Shown here piece after piece: positions 15,379 to 23,483 of a stretch of 24,000 bases of DNA. The position numbers and the translations under genes were made by a program. Position 1 is the first letter of the stretch. Every line of letters begins with the position of its first letter. Source of the stretch: an uncultured archaeon (GTDB taxonomy: Archaea; Asgardarchaeota; Lokiarchaeia; Sigyniarchaeales; SOKP01); assembly GCA_964525635.1 (NCBI GenBank), contig CAZGJX010000001.1, forward strand, positions 22,546 to 46,545. The letters run 5' to 3'. The notes under the pieces were generated by a model. It was not told where the DNA came from and ran no database searches. It saw only the letters and a list, made by a program, of their open reading frames with translations.

Positions 15379-17241
15379 TTATAATAAATAATTTCTCAAT
15401 TGTTGGATATATCTGTCAATAGTTCTATCTATTTTTCTTCTTCGTTTCAAGAAATCTCCAGATAATTTTTCAAAAGCAACCCTTGAAGGTAATTTTCCCT
15501 TTTTATATCTTGATTCTAATAATTTCAATCCATCTTCAACAGTCTGCCGTTCAGCTTCTAAGACTTCTAATTTTTGAACTATATTTTCAAAAGTCTCTCC
15601 AATTTCAATTAAAATTTTCTTGAATGGTTTTATTTCATCTTCGATAACTTTAATTTTTGACTCATTTTTATCAACAAGATTTCTATATTTCTTTTTCGGT
15701 AATTTTCTCCGTATTAAGTCTTCTTCTGCTTTTCTTATTTCAAGAACTAATGCATTCTTCTCCTCATACAATGAACAAAATTCACGGATCTCATTTTGTG
15801 GGAGCATTTCTTTCTTAATTATAGGTAATACCCCTCTTTCTTTTTTCTTCTTTACATATACAATATATACTGCGGATATAAGTGTTATTGTAAGCATAAA
15901 AATAATAGGTCTTAACAGCAAATCAAATAAATCTATTGTATAGGTGATTAAGATTGGATGTTTATCTGAGGATACTACATCTATATCTTCATAAATTAGT
16001 ATAGTCTTTCCTTGAGATTCATATATCCCCTCTGGAGTAGCAGAAATAGAATCGATACTATAACATCCATCAATTATAATTTTAGTTGTTTGTTCTCGTA
16101 TTATAAAATCAGCATAAGTTGGATAAATGTTCATTTTAATTGATTGTTGGAACCAATTGATAGATAGATAATCTCTTAAATTCAAGGTATATTTTAAAAT
16201 AAAATTTCCTATATCATATTGGTCAAGTACTACTCTGTTCTTTGCAAAACTGACATTAACTGATTTGATACTATCCTGCTTAGCTATTTTATTTCCTTTA
16301 AGCTGACCTAAATCATCATATATTTCTATATTATTAGCACTTAGAGGAACAAATAAAGGGAATCCCGGTAATGGAATATAATCTAAATTTATTATAGAAA
16401 AAGCTTCTTTTACAATTAAAGTCCCCCATGGTGAGATTGAAATTTCTCGATTTAAACTTATTACTTCTACTATAAGTGTATATTTATCTATAAATTTGAA
16501 TTTGGATATTGCCTCACTACCTAGATTTTCTGCAAAAGGAGCTAAGTAAGATTTTGAATATGTTAATATGTTTTCTGATGAGTTGGATGCCCAATCAGAA
16601 ATTGTTACGTGTGTTCCTGACAATAATAATTTATATTCAGCAGTTAATGCTCCTTCAGCTCTATAGGGTAATGATGGAAAAATATATGATTTGTAATATA
16701 CATTAAATTTTATTCCTTTTTCTTGTTGCGCATAGCGCGCTACTTCATAATTACAAAGAGCTATAAAAGTTTGCCAAAATCTAACTGTTTTAGTCTGATA
16801 TGGTTGTAAAGGTGAACTAAAATAAACCGAAATCATTTCAAACTCATGTCCTTTTGAATTCGATGATATTAATCCCTTTCTCTCACAATATAGGTTATTT
16901 TTTAATTCACCCATAGCTTTGAAATTAACTAGCTTTTGAGTGATATTTAATGGGATTCCAATAAGAATTGAATTGATAGGATTATTATTTAAGTTTTTTA
17001 TATCTAACCTATCTTGTATAAAAACTAATCTCCCATCAGATATGTTTGCTACTCTGTGTATATGTGTTATAACAATATTTTCTGCTCCATCTAGACCTAT
17101 TGAACTTTTAGGAATATTACTGGGTTCTTCATTAATATTATTAACTCCATTTAAATTTGGTATCAAGGCACTAACTATAAAGATCATAAATAAGATTGTT
17201 AAGTATGAAATTAATTTTCTTTTTCTCAACATAATATCCAT
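15379..17241 (-). CDS. Ribophorin I (OST1)-like oligosaccharyltransferase subunit homologue
   Basis: 620 aa with the topology of eukaryotic ribophorin I. An N-terminal signal/anchor (LISYLTILFMIFIVSALIP) precedes a ~420-aa extracytoplasmic domain. A single TM (LLLRPIIFMLTITLISAVYIVYV-KKKKE) follows at about 445-465, then a ~150-aa charged coiled-coil tail. 'NREISISPWGTLIVKEAFSIINL' (nt 16423-16449 encode REISISPWG) parallels the conserved ribophorin I block '[21 protein letters not shown]'. Confidence 0.55.
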   Translation of the reverse strand: MDIMLRKRKLISYLTILFMIFIVSALIPNLNGVNNINEEPSNIPKSSIGLDGAENIVITHIHRVANISDGRLVFIQDRLDIKNLNNNPINSILIGIPLNITQKLVNFKAMGELKNNLYCERKGLISSNSKGHEFEMISVYFSSPLQPYQTKTVRFWQTFIALCNYEVARYAQQEKGIKFNVYYKSYIFPSLPYRAEGALTAEYKLLLSGTHVTISDWASNSSENILTYSKSYLAPFAENLGSEAISKFKFIDKYTLIVEVISLNREISISPWGTLIVKEAFSIINLDYIPLPGFPLFVPLSANNIEIYDDLGQLKGNKIAKQDSIKSVNVSFAKNRVVLDQYDIGNFILKYTLNLRDYLSINWFQQSIKMNIYPTYADFIIREQTTKIIIDGCYSIDSISATPEGIYESQGKTILIYEDIDVVSSDKHPILITYTIDLFDLLLRPIIFMLTITLISAVYIVYVKKKKERGVLPIIKKEMLPQNEIREFCSLYEEKNALVLEIRKAEEDLIRRKLPKKKYRNLVDKNESKIKVIEDEIKPFKKILIEIGETFENIVQKLEVLEAERQTVEDGLKLLESRYKKGKLPSRVAFEKLSGDFLKRRRKIDRTIDRYIQQLRNYLL

Positions 17242-17393
17242 TTTGATATTTTAAAAAATATTAAATTATCATAAATTAATTAATACAACTTATAAAAATT
17301 TATTATAATTGAAGTTTAAGATTAATGAAAAATTTTTAAATGTTTTATAATATATCTATTAAATAACAGATAAACAATTAATTCTTCAAATAT

Positions 17394-17606
17394 ATGTCAA
17401 GTGGAAAACAATCAAGGAGAAAGAAAAGAAGATCAAGTACTAGTCCTATGCCCATGGGGGGTGCGGGATTGATGCGATTTTTTGAAGACTCTTCTATTGG
17501 TGTAAAAATTGGACCTATGGCAACATTAATATTTGCGATATCATTAGTTTTAATAGTAATCATGGCAAATGTTGGTGTTTTTGATTGGTTACTGACTCCA
17601 GGTTAA
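17394..17606 (+). CDS. secG: Protein translocase subunit Sec61-beta (archaeal SecG)
   Basis: 70 aa. It has a basic N-terminus, the conserved 'GGAGLMRFFEDSSIGVKIGPMATL' (Sec61-beta gaGlmRfy.e...glKi.P) and a C-terminal tail-anchor TM. Confidence 0.85.
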   Translation: MSSGKQSRRKKRRSSTSPMPMGGAGLMRFFEDSSIGVKIGPMATLIFAISLVLIVIMANVGVFDWLLTPG

Positions 17607-17645
17607 ATTTTTTTTTTAGTTATTAACATTTTATTTTGATTTAAA

Positions 17646-17948
17646 ATGAAAGTCAGTGAATTTCAACAATTGATAAAAGACCTTTATTTTCATCAAGATT
17701 TTGATAGAGGTATTGAGAAAAGCTTTCTATGGTTGGTGGAAGAGATAGGAGAATTAGCTTCAAATGTAAAATCAAAAATGATTAATAAAAAAGAAATTGG
17801 AGATGAAATGGCAGATATTGTTGCTTGGATTTGTTCTTTAGCTAATTTATTTGAAATTGAACTGGAAGAAGCATTATTTAGGAAATATCCAAATAAATGC
17901 ATAAAATGTGATTCTAATCCGTGTAGATGTAATCATTCAAAATTATAA
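17646..17948 (+). CDS. MazG-like nucleotide pyrophosphohydrolase
   Basis: 100 aa. 'LVEEIGELA' and 'EMADIVAWICSLANLFEIELEEALFRKYP' form the EExxE/ExxD four-helix MazG signature. It has the C-terminal 'CIKCDSNPCRC' found in archaeal members. Confidence 0.75.
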   Translation: MKVSEFQQLIKDLYFHQDFDRGIEKSFLWLVEEIGELASNVKSKMINKKEIGDEMADIVAWICSLANLFEIELEEALFRKYPNKCIKCDSNPCRCNHSKL

Positions 17949-17957
17949 TTAAAAATT

Positions 17958-19073
17958 TTAAGTCTCAGATAAAAATTTTTGATATACATCTACTAATCTC
18001 TTTCCAACTTTATCCCATGTATACTTTTTGGCAATTTCTTGCCCTTGTTTTATTAATTCTTTACGTAATTCCTCATCTTTAATAACTAATATAATTTTTT
18101 CTGCGAGTATTTTAGGATTTTTAGGGGGAATAAATATAGCCCTATCGTGTAATATTTCTCTATAGACTTTTAAATTTGAACATAATACTGCTGTACCACA
18201 TGCTAAAGATTCTAATGGTGTATTTCCAAAACCTTCAGAGCCATAAGAATAAGCAATTAATATATCCGCCATTGTATAATAAATAGGAACTAATTCATCA
18301 GAGATAAATCCTAAGAAGTGGATATCTAGGTTCTTTTCTCTCCAAGTATTATAAATATTCTCCATTTCAAAGTCAGGTTTTCCAGCAATTATTAAATTTA
18401 AATTGGAGATTGTTTTCTTAGCAATTTTATATGCTTTGATTATATGTTCTACTCCTTTATATTTAGCAATCCTTCCCAAGTATAAAATAATAGGTCCTTT
18501 AATTTTTAGTTGTTTTTTTAATTTTTCAGCATCTTTTGGATATGGTTTAAATTTATTATCAATTCCATTATATAAGATATGAATATTCTTACTATTGATA
18601 CTAGGAATAAACTTTTTAAGACCTTCTCTTGTATGGTTGGATACCGTTGTAATATAAGTTGCTTTTTTAATTATATATTTTATCAGAAATTTCTGAAGTG
18701 ATTGTGTCGCAAATTTTGTTTCAAATGGTCCTAAATCATGAATAGTGGAAATAAACCTTTTATAATTAGAAAAAAGAATTGGTATTGAACTTTTAGGTCC
18801 ATTTCCATGTATAATATCAAAAGAATTTCTATTTAAGTATTTATTTATATTATATATAAAATGGGGCATCCATAAGAAACGTTTCTTAACCAAGTTCATC
18901 TGTATTATATTTGGATCATTCAAAACATAATTCCATTTTCCAGTTAGTAATTTAACGTCATAACCTTCATTTTTAAGATAATTATATATCCCTTCGAAAC
19001 CAGTTCTTTCACAATCAGGAGCTATTTTAAGTGATATTAAACAAATTTTCATCTGATTCATTGAACGAGACAC
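17958..19073 (-). CDS. GT-B fold glycosyltransferase, CAZy family GT4-like
   Basis: 371 aa. 'LYLGRIAKYKGV' and 'SYGSEGFGNTPLESLACGTAVL' give the E-x7-E motif of retaining GT4 enzymes. Confidence 0.85.
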   Translation of the reverse strand: MSRSMNQMKICLISLKIAPDCERTGFEGIYNYLKNEGYDVKLLTGKWNYVLNDPNIIQMNLVKKRFLWMPHFIYNINKYLNRNSFDIIHGNGPKSSIPILFSNYKRFISTIHDLGPFETKFATQSLQKFLIKYIIKKATYITTVSNHTREGLKKFIPSINSKNIHILYNGIDNKFKPYPKDAEKLKKQLKIKGPIILYLGRIAKYKGVEHIIKAYKIAKKTISNLNLIIAGKPDFEMENIYNTWREKNLDIHFLGFISDELVPIYYTMADILIAYSYGSEGFGNTPLESLACGTAVLCSNLKVYREILHDRAIFIPPKNPKILAEKIILVIKDEELRKELIKQGQEIAKKYTWDKVGKRLVDVYQKFLSET

Positions 19074-19097
19074 TTCCTATTAAAAGAATTCATAATA

Positions 19098-20078
19098 TTA
19101 TGTTAATTGTTCATATCCATCTTCTGTTATAAGAATAGTTTCTTCTGATTGTGCAACATAGGCTTCTTTTTGTTCAGAAAGAACATAATGGGTTCTTAAC
19201 TTTCCTTGTTGAATTAATTCCTGAAGTCCAAATACAACGCCCATTTGAAACTCATCAGCTAGCCATCTTTCTGCAAATGGAAGAGTCTTAAAATTTGAAT
19301 TAATATATCCTAAAATTCTTTTTGAACTTTTTCTTCTTAAAGGAACTCTACCTGTATAGGGATTTAATTCATAAATACTACAAGTATTAGTATTATGGAC
19401 TGATCCTACCCCTGTGGAAGCAAATATTTCAATTGCAAATATATCATCTATTTCTATTAGATCTCCTCCCTGATTACCCAATTCAGGTAGTGATTTTTTA
19501 CCATGAACGGTCCATCTTTCAATTTGATGTCCACCTAATTCTTTTATGGGATTAAAATTAAATCCTTTGACTATACTTTCAATCTTTTTTCCTATTTCTT
19601 GAGTATTAATTCCAGGTTTTACCATCATCTTGGCAGCTTCTAATGCAGTATCTGTAGCGATTATTATATTATCAAGTGATTTTTCTTCAGTAAATTTAAT
19701 AGAGAAAGCTGTGTCAACAATAAATCCTTCAATATGAACTCCTAAGTCTATCTTTACAAGATCTTTATTTTTAATTACTAATCCATCATCTTTCATAGGT
19801 GATGTGTAATGAGCAGCGATATTATTAATTCCTATATTAACTGGAAAAGCACATAAGCCGCCTAATTCCTTTATCTTCTCTTCAGTTTCTAAAACTATAT
19901 CTTGTGCTTTTCTACCAATTTTTATCTTTGGTTTTATATACTCCTTAACTTTTTTCGCAATTTCTCCCGCTTTCTTTAAAGATTCTATCCTTAATCTCTT
20001 TTCTTCTTCACTTTCTCTGGGTTTTTCTTCCTTATTTTTATTAATGGGGGTTTTTTTTATAGTTTGTTTGTCACTCAT
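19098..20078 (-). CDS. map: Methionine aminopeptidase, type 2 (archaeal/eukaryotic type) with a Lys/Glu-rich N-terminal extension
   Basis: 326 aa. The metal-ligand contexts are 'AAHYTSP', 'VKIDLGVHIEGFIVDTAF', 'GGHQIERWTVHG', 'FAIEIFASTG' and 'VAQSEETILITEDG'. 'LKKAGEIAKKV' normally lies within the first ~10 residues of archaeal MetAPs, but here it starts near residue 34. Confidence 0.9.
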   Translation of the reverse strand: MSDKQTIKKTPINKNKEEKPRESEEEKRLRIESLKKAGEIAKKVKEYIKPKIKIGRKAQDIVLETEEKIKELGGLCAFPVNIGINNIAAHYTSPMKDDGLVIKNKDLVKIDLGVHIEGFIVDTAFSIKFTEEKSLDNIIIATDTALEAAKMMVKPGINTQEIGKKIESIVKGFNFNPIKELGGHQIERWTVHGKKSLPELGNQGGDLIEIDDIFAIEIFASTGVGSVHNTNTCSIYELNPYTGRVPLRRKSSKRILGYINSNFKTLPFAERWLADEFQMGVVFGLQELIQQGKLRTHYVLSEQKEAYVAQSEETILITEDGYEQLT

Positions 20079-20239
20079 AACGATTCATAATGAAAAATGG
20101 ATAATAATATTTTTTAAATAATTATTAACAAATTTATATAATCTTTTTCATTATCTAAAAAAATAAATAAAATCAATATTAATATTAGTTTATAACTTAT
20201 TATAATAAAATTAAATTTTAATTATTGGTTGATCTATAA

Positions 20240-20611
20240 TTGAGTGAAAACATCAGTGAACTTACCGATTTGTTAAGAAACCTTGAAGCAGTTAATTCTG
20301 ATATTCAGGGTAGTGCTATCGTCTCAGTCCAAGGACTACCAATATGTTCTGCTCTATCTAGAGATGTGAACGATGGAATTGTTAGTGCGATGAGTGCTGC
20401 TATTCTTAGTGTTTCAGAACGAGCAGTTCAGGAACTCGCAAGAGGTATTTTACAGAGAATTTTAATTGAAGGAATAGATGGTATCATTATTCTTTCAAGA
20501 GCAGGAGAAAATGCAATATTATGTACATTAGCAAAACCAGATGCTAGTTTAGGTATGGTTTTTATACATATAACGAGTGTTTCAAAAAAAATAGCTACAT
20601 TATTAGATTAA
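20240..20611 (+). CDS. Roadblock/LC7 (MglB-like) domain protein
   Basis: 123 aa with a TTG start. 'GSAIVSVQGLPICSA...DGIVSAMSAAILSVSERAVQEL..G...RILIEGIDGIIILSRAGENAILCTLA' follows the Roadblock/LC7 alpha-beta-alpha pattern (ga.lv..dGl.ia......d.e..aa..a.......g.l....ie...g.l.l...g....L.vl). Confidence 0.75.
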   Translation: MSENISELTDLLRNLEAVNSDIQGSAIVSVQGLPICSALSRDVNDGIVSAMSAAILSVSERAVQELARGILQRILIEGIDGIIILSRAGENAILCTLAKPDASLGMVFIHITSVSKKIATLLD

Positions 20612-20730
20612 ATAATATAAATTTGCTATATTCCTTTATTTAAATTTATTTGAAACGTCTTGAACTTAATTTCTTATAATAAATAAAGAATAAAATATAA
20701 TTAGAAATTTAAAAAAATAAAAATAAATTT

Positions 20731-22197
20731 TTACTCTCTTAGAGCTTGAATATTGTTAAAAATATTATCAAATCTATTTTTTATAGAACCTACTAATCCT
20801 TCTTCTTCTGAAATTACTGAATTTATAGCAGCTTTTAAACCATAATGTCCTTCTGATATTGATACTCTAATTGGTAAAGTCAAAAATTCATTGATTAGCA
20901 TAGCGATTTCTTGGAATAATTGTATTATTTTCGGAAAATTTTCTTGTGTTTTATTTATAATTGACTGTTCAGGTGATAATAATCCATTTTCTCTTTCTTG
21001 ATTCAATTCTTCCCAAATATTTTCTTTAAGGGTAGAAAAATTAATTCCTAAATCTTCTAAAGCAATTTGAGCTCCTTCAAAAAGAAAATTTATATCATCT
21101 CTACCAGAATAATTTTTGATATTTTCAACCATTTCATTTGGTGCTAATCCTTCTAAGAATTTAATTAATAGATTATGATAATCTTTTACTACATCTAAAG
21201 GCACAAATAATAATACCATCTCTTTAAGTTGTTTGAAAAAATATCCTGCCACTTTGGCGATTGTTTCATTTTTTAGTAATTTCTCAATAAACCTTCCATT
21301 TTCATTAAGTAAGTGTATAAGAAGAAATCCAATAATTCTTATCATATCTTCTTCATAATTTCTAAAATAGTCAAAAAAATGCTCTGGTTCCATATTTAAT
21401 TTATCTCTAATAATATCAGCAATTCTTTTTTTGATATTTTCTAATGGTTCATCAATTAGTTCTTCTAATTTATCGAGAGAAAAAGATTCTTGTAATTGAT
21501 CTAGAAGATCTACTTTATTTTTTTGAATTACTTCCTCTTCTATATCTGATTCAAGGATTACTTTAGATAATGTTTTATCTTTTAATTTTAATTGAGTCAT
21601 TTTTTTCCATTCATTATAATCATAGATTTTACATAACAACTGAAGGCAATTATCACCTTTTCCCATGCATTTTTGTTCTACAATTTTTATCCTATAATTA
21701 TTTTTTTTTACTTTTAAGATAAAATTTGCAACACCTTGAAGCATTCCACATAATCCACAAGCCATTCCTTCTGTTTTATTACCCAATTTCGATATATTAA
21801 ATGTATCTTCTGGTGATGTACCATAACTTGCACATATTGGACAGTGTTTAATCTTTAAAAGATAACTATTATAAATGGAATTTTCTTCTGAAATTTCTTC
21901 ATAATCTAGCTCTTCTAATTCTTTACCAAATACAACTACCCATAATAATTCAAAATAGTCTACAACTTTATCTGGACTTCCAGGCATGAATTTAAATATT
22001 GCAGAATGACGTTCACATGACTCCATTGCTGCTTGTTTCCCAACCTCCCTCATTACCAATAGACTTAATTCTTCATCTTTAGTAATTTCATTGATTTCTT
22101 TGAGAATTTCTCTATAAATTAATGAATAGAATAAAGAACTAGTATTCCGACCAAATGCTTTAGATATTTTTTTCATTAACCATTGAACGATTCCCAT
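20731..22197 (-). CDS. V4R (4-vinyl reductase / Bet3-TRAPP-like) domain protein with a long helical C-terminal region
   Basis: 488 aa. 'LLKIKHCPICASY...GMACGLCGMLQGVANFILK...YRIKIVEQKCMGKGDNCLQLLCKI' matches the V4R pattern (C..C......C....G...G.......v.E.kC.a.Gd..C.f.i). About 290 aa of acidic helical sequence of unknown function follow. Confidence 0.6.
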   Translation of the reverse strand: MGIVQWLMKKISKAFGRNTSSLFYSLIYREILKEINEITKDEELSLLVMREVGKQAAMESCERHSAIFKFMPGSPDKVVDYFELLWVVVFGKELEELDYEEISEENSIYNSYLLKIKHCPICASYGTSPEDTFNISKLGNKTEGMACGLCGMLQGVANFILKVKKNNYRIKIVEQKCMGKGDNCLQLLCKIYDYNEWKKMTQLKLKDKTLSKVILESDIEEEVIQKNKVDLLDQLQESFSLDKLEELIDEPLENIKKRIADIIRDKLNMEPEHFFDYFRNYEEDMIRIIGFLLIHLLNENGRFIEKLLKNETIAKVAGYFFKQLKEMVLLFVPLDVVKDYHNLLIKFLEGLAPNEMVENIKNYSGRDDINFLFEGAQIALEDLGINFSTLKENIWEELNQERENGLLSPEQSIINKTQENFPKIIQLFQEIAMLINEFLTLPIRVSISEGHYGLKAAINSVISEEEGLVGSIKNRFDNIFNNIQALRE

Positions 22198-22709
22198 TAC
22201 ATTCCACCTTCAATTTTATATTTAAATATTTGAACGCAATATTTATTTCCAAATGTTTTTGATTCTTGAATTTTTAATGGTTCAATTAATAGGATTGTTT
22301 TATTTTTTGAATTAATATTAATAATATTTATAAATTCAGATATTAATCCTAAGAGAATTTCACATCCAGCAATTTGAATATCATCATATTCATATTTACA
22401 TAATGCACAGTTGGTATCATTAACAATGATTAATTGTTCATTTTCATTCAATTCCACTGAAATCGAGCTTTTTAAAACTTTTTTATATATTGTAGCAATC
22501 ACATCCCTAATATTATTTAAATCAACTAGTTCAGTTGGACTCCAATATTTAATATAGGTTTTAGAAATATTCTTACCAATTCTTTGCATTCTCTCTTTTT
22601 TATCATCAATATTATTTTTTGCCATAAAACGAGCCAGATGATAAATTGCATTTCTTAATTGATTTATTGCAGCATCAGCATGTAATAATTCATTTCTTGA
22701 GTAATTCAT
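22197..22709 (-). CDS. V4R-domain protein (small)
   Basis: 170 aa. 'LIIVNDTNCALCKYEYDDIQIAGCEILLGLISEFIN...EPLKIQESKTFGNKYCVQIFKYKI' shows V4R-like Cys/Gly spacing. It shares one nucleotide (22197) with the downstream V4R gene, which implies co-transcription. Confidence 0.5.
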   Translation of the reverse strand: MNYSRNELLHADAAINQLRNAIYHLARFMAKNNIDDKKERMQRIGKNISKTYIKYWSPTELVDLNNIRDVIATIYKKVLKSSISVELNENEQLIIVNDTNCALCKYEYDDIQIAGCEILLGLISEFINIININSKNKTILLIEPLKIQESKTFGNKYCVQIFKYKIEGGM

Positions 22710-22854
22710 TATTTTTACTAAATATGTTTAATGTTTATGATATTATGTGAAAAAATAGAAGATATTTAAAATTTTTAATTAGATTAAAAATATTATTTGT
22801 ATCTATTTCAAGATATTAATTTCTAAATTATTATTAAATAATAATTATTATCAT

Positions 22855-22883
22855 ATGATTTTATCTAATTAAATTAAAATTAT
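22855..22883. repeat. Hairpin related to the trx insert (ATGATTTTA-11 nt-TAAAATTAT)
   Basis: The plus strand ATGATTTTATCTAATTAAATTAAAATTAT compares with the insert's plus strand ATGATTTATCTAATTATTAAATCAT. They share ATGATTT(T)ATCTAATTA and a TAAA(A)T-AT arm. It lies 33-61 nt downstream of the trx stop codon. Confidence 0.4.
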
Positions 22884-22915
22884 CAAGAAAAATAGTATAT
22901 ATTATTATAATATAG

Positions 22916-23301
22916 TTACATTTGTTCTATAATTGCTCTCAACATATCTTCTCCACATGCTCCCACCATTTTTCCATTTTGTATATGATTTTGACCATTT
23001 ACTTCTATATTTTTTTCTATTAATTCCCCATCTTTGAAAAACAACAGGGTTGGGATTGCGTGTATATTAAACATATTACCCAATGGTCTATTTTGATCTA
23101 AATCAACTTGTATTATATTTATTAATCCTTCATCTCTTAGCTTATGTAAAATTGGTGTGATGAACTTTCATGATGATTTATCTAATTATTAAATCATTTG
23201 CATGGTCCGCACCAAACAGTATAAATATCTATGATAAGCTTTCCTTTTTTCATTTCCTCTGTAACTGGAATGTTCACATCTTTTAATTTATCGATATTCA
23301 T
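22916..23301 (-). CDS. trxA: Thioredoxin, interrupted by a 32-nt BHB-type insert (exon 1 23199-23301, exon 2 22916-23166)
   Basis: Hand translation gives exon 1 as MNIDKLKDVNIPVTEEMKKGKLIIDIYTVWCGPC + A. Exon 2 is AG + FITPILHKLRDEGLINIIQVDLDQNRPLGNMFNIHAIPTLLFFKDGELIEKNIEVNGQNHIQNGKMVGACGEDMLRAIIEQM*. 103 + 251 nt = 354 nt = 117 codons + stop. The joined protein has the WCGPCK active site, the K-F-I-T-P-I-L continuation and the cis-Pro 'IPT'. The unspliced reading stops at TGA 23194-23196, and exon 2 is in another frame. Confidence 0.8.
23167..23198 (-). other. Candidate bulge-helix-bulge (hBHBh') intron in the thioredoxin pre-mRNA
   Basis: The minus-strand RNA reads 5'-GGAC CAUG [CA|A] AUGAUUUA auaauuaga UAAAUCAU CAUG [AA|A] GUUC-3'. 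The outer helix is GGAC/GUUC (4 bp, one G.U). The central helix is CAUG/CAUG (4 bp). Two 3-nt bulges lie on opposite strands, each 3' of its central-helix strand. The inner helix is 8 bp with a 9-nt loop. Cleavage after the 2nd nt of each bulge (the canonical rule) removes exactly 32 nt and restores the frame. Confidence 0.65.
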
Positions 23302-23483
23302 TTGTTCTCATCTTATATTAAATATTTTATTTAAATATCTTTTTTAAGATTTTCTCTTATTAAGTTTTTAAGATATATTTACATTAAGTAAATTGTAATA
23401 TTTATTTTTTATATTTTAAATATAAATCAAAAAGATATTAATACAATAAAATTTATGTTAAATTCTAGCTAAATTGTTTAAAT

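Noticed and set aside
22771-22791. A perfect 9-bp inverted repeat ATTTTTAAT-tag-ATTAAAAAT between the V4R operon and trx
   Set aside because: It is composed only of A/T and has a 3-nt loop. It is indistinguishable from chance low-complexity palindromes in this composition, and there is no supporting context.
23170-23176. The plus-strand ATGATGA (C-box-like RUGAUGA) as the start of a C/D box sRNA
   Set aside because: There is no CUGA D box or C'/D' arrangement within the following ~70 nt. The heptamer is simply part of the trx insert hairpin on the opposite strand.
23194-23196. The TGA directly after WCGPCK in thioredoxin as a selenocysteine or read-through codon
   Set aside because: Read-through would not help. 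The thioredoxin continuation (FITPILHKL...) is in a different frame, further stops (TAG, TGA) follow within 30 nt, and no SECIS-like context is evident. Removing the 32-nt BHB insert explains everything.
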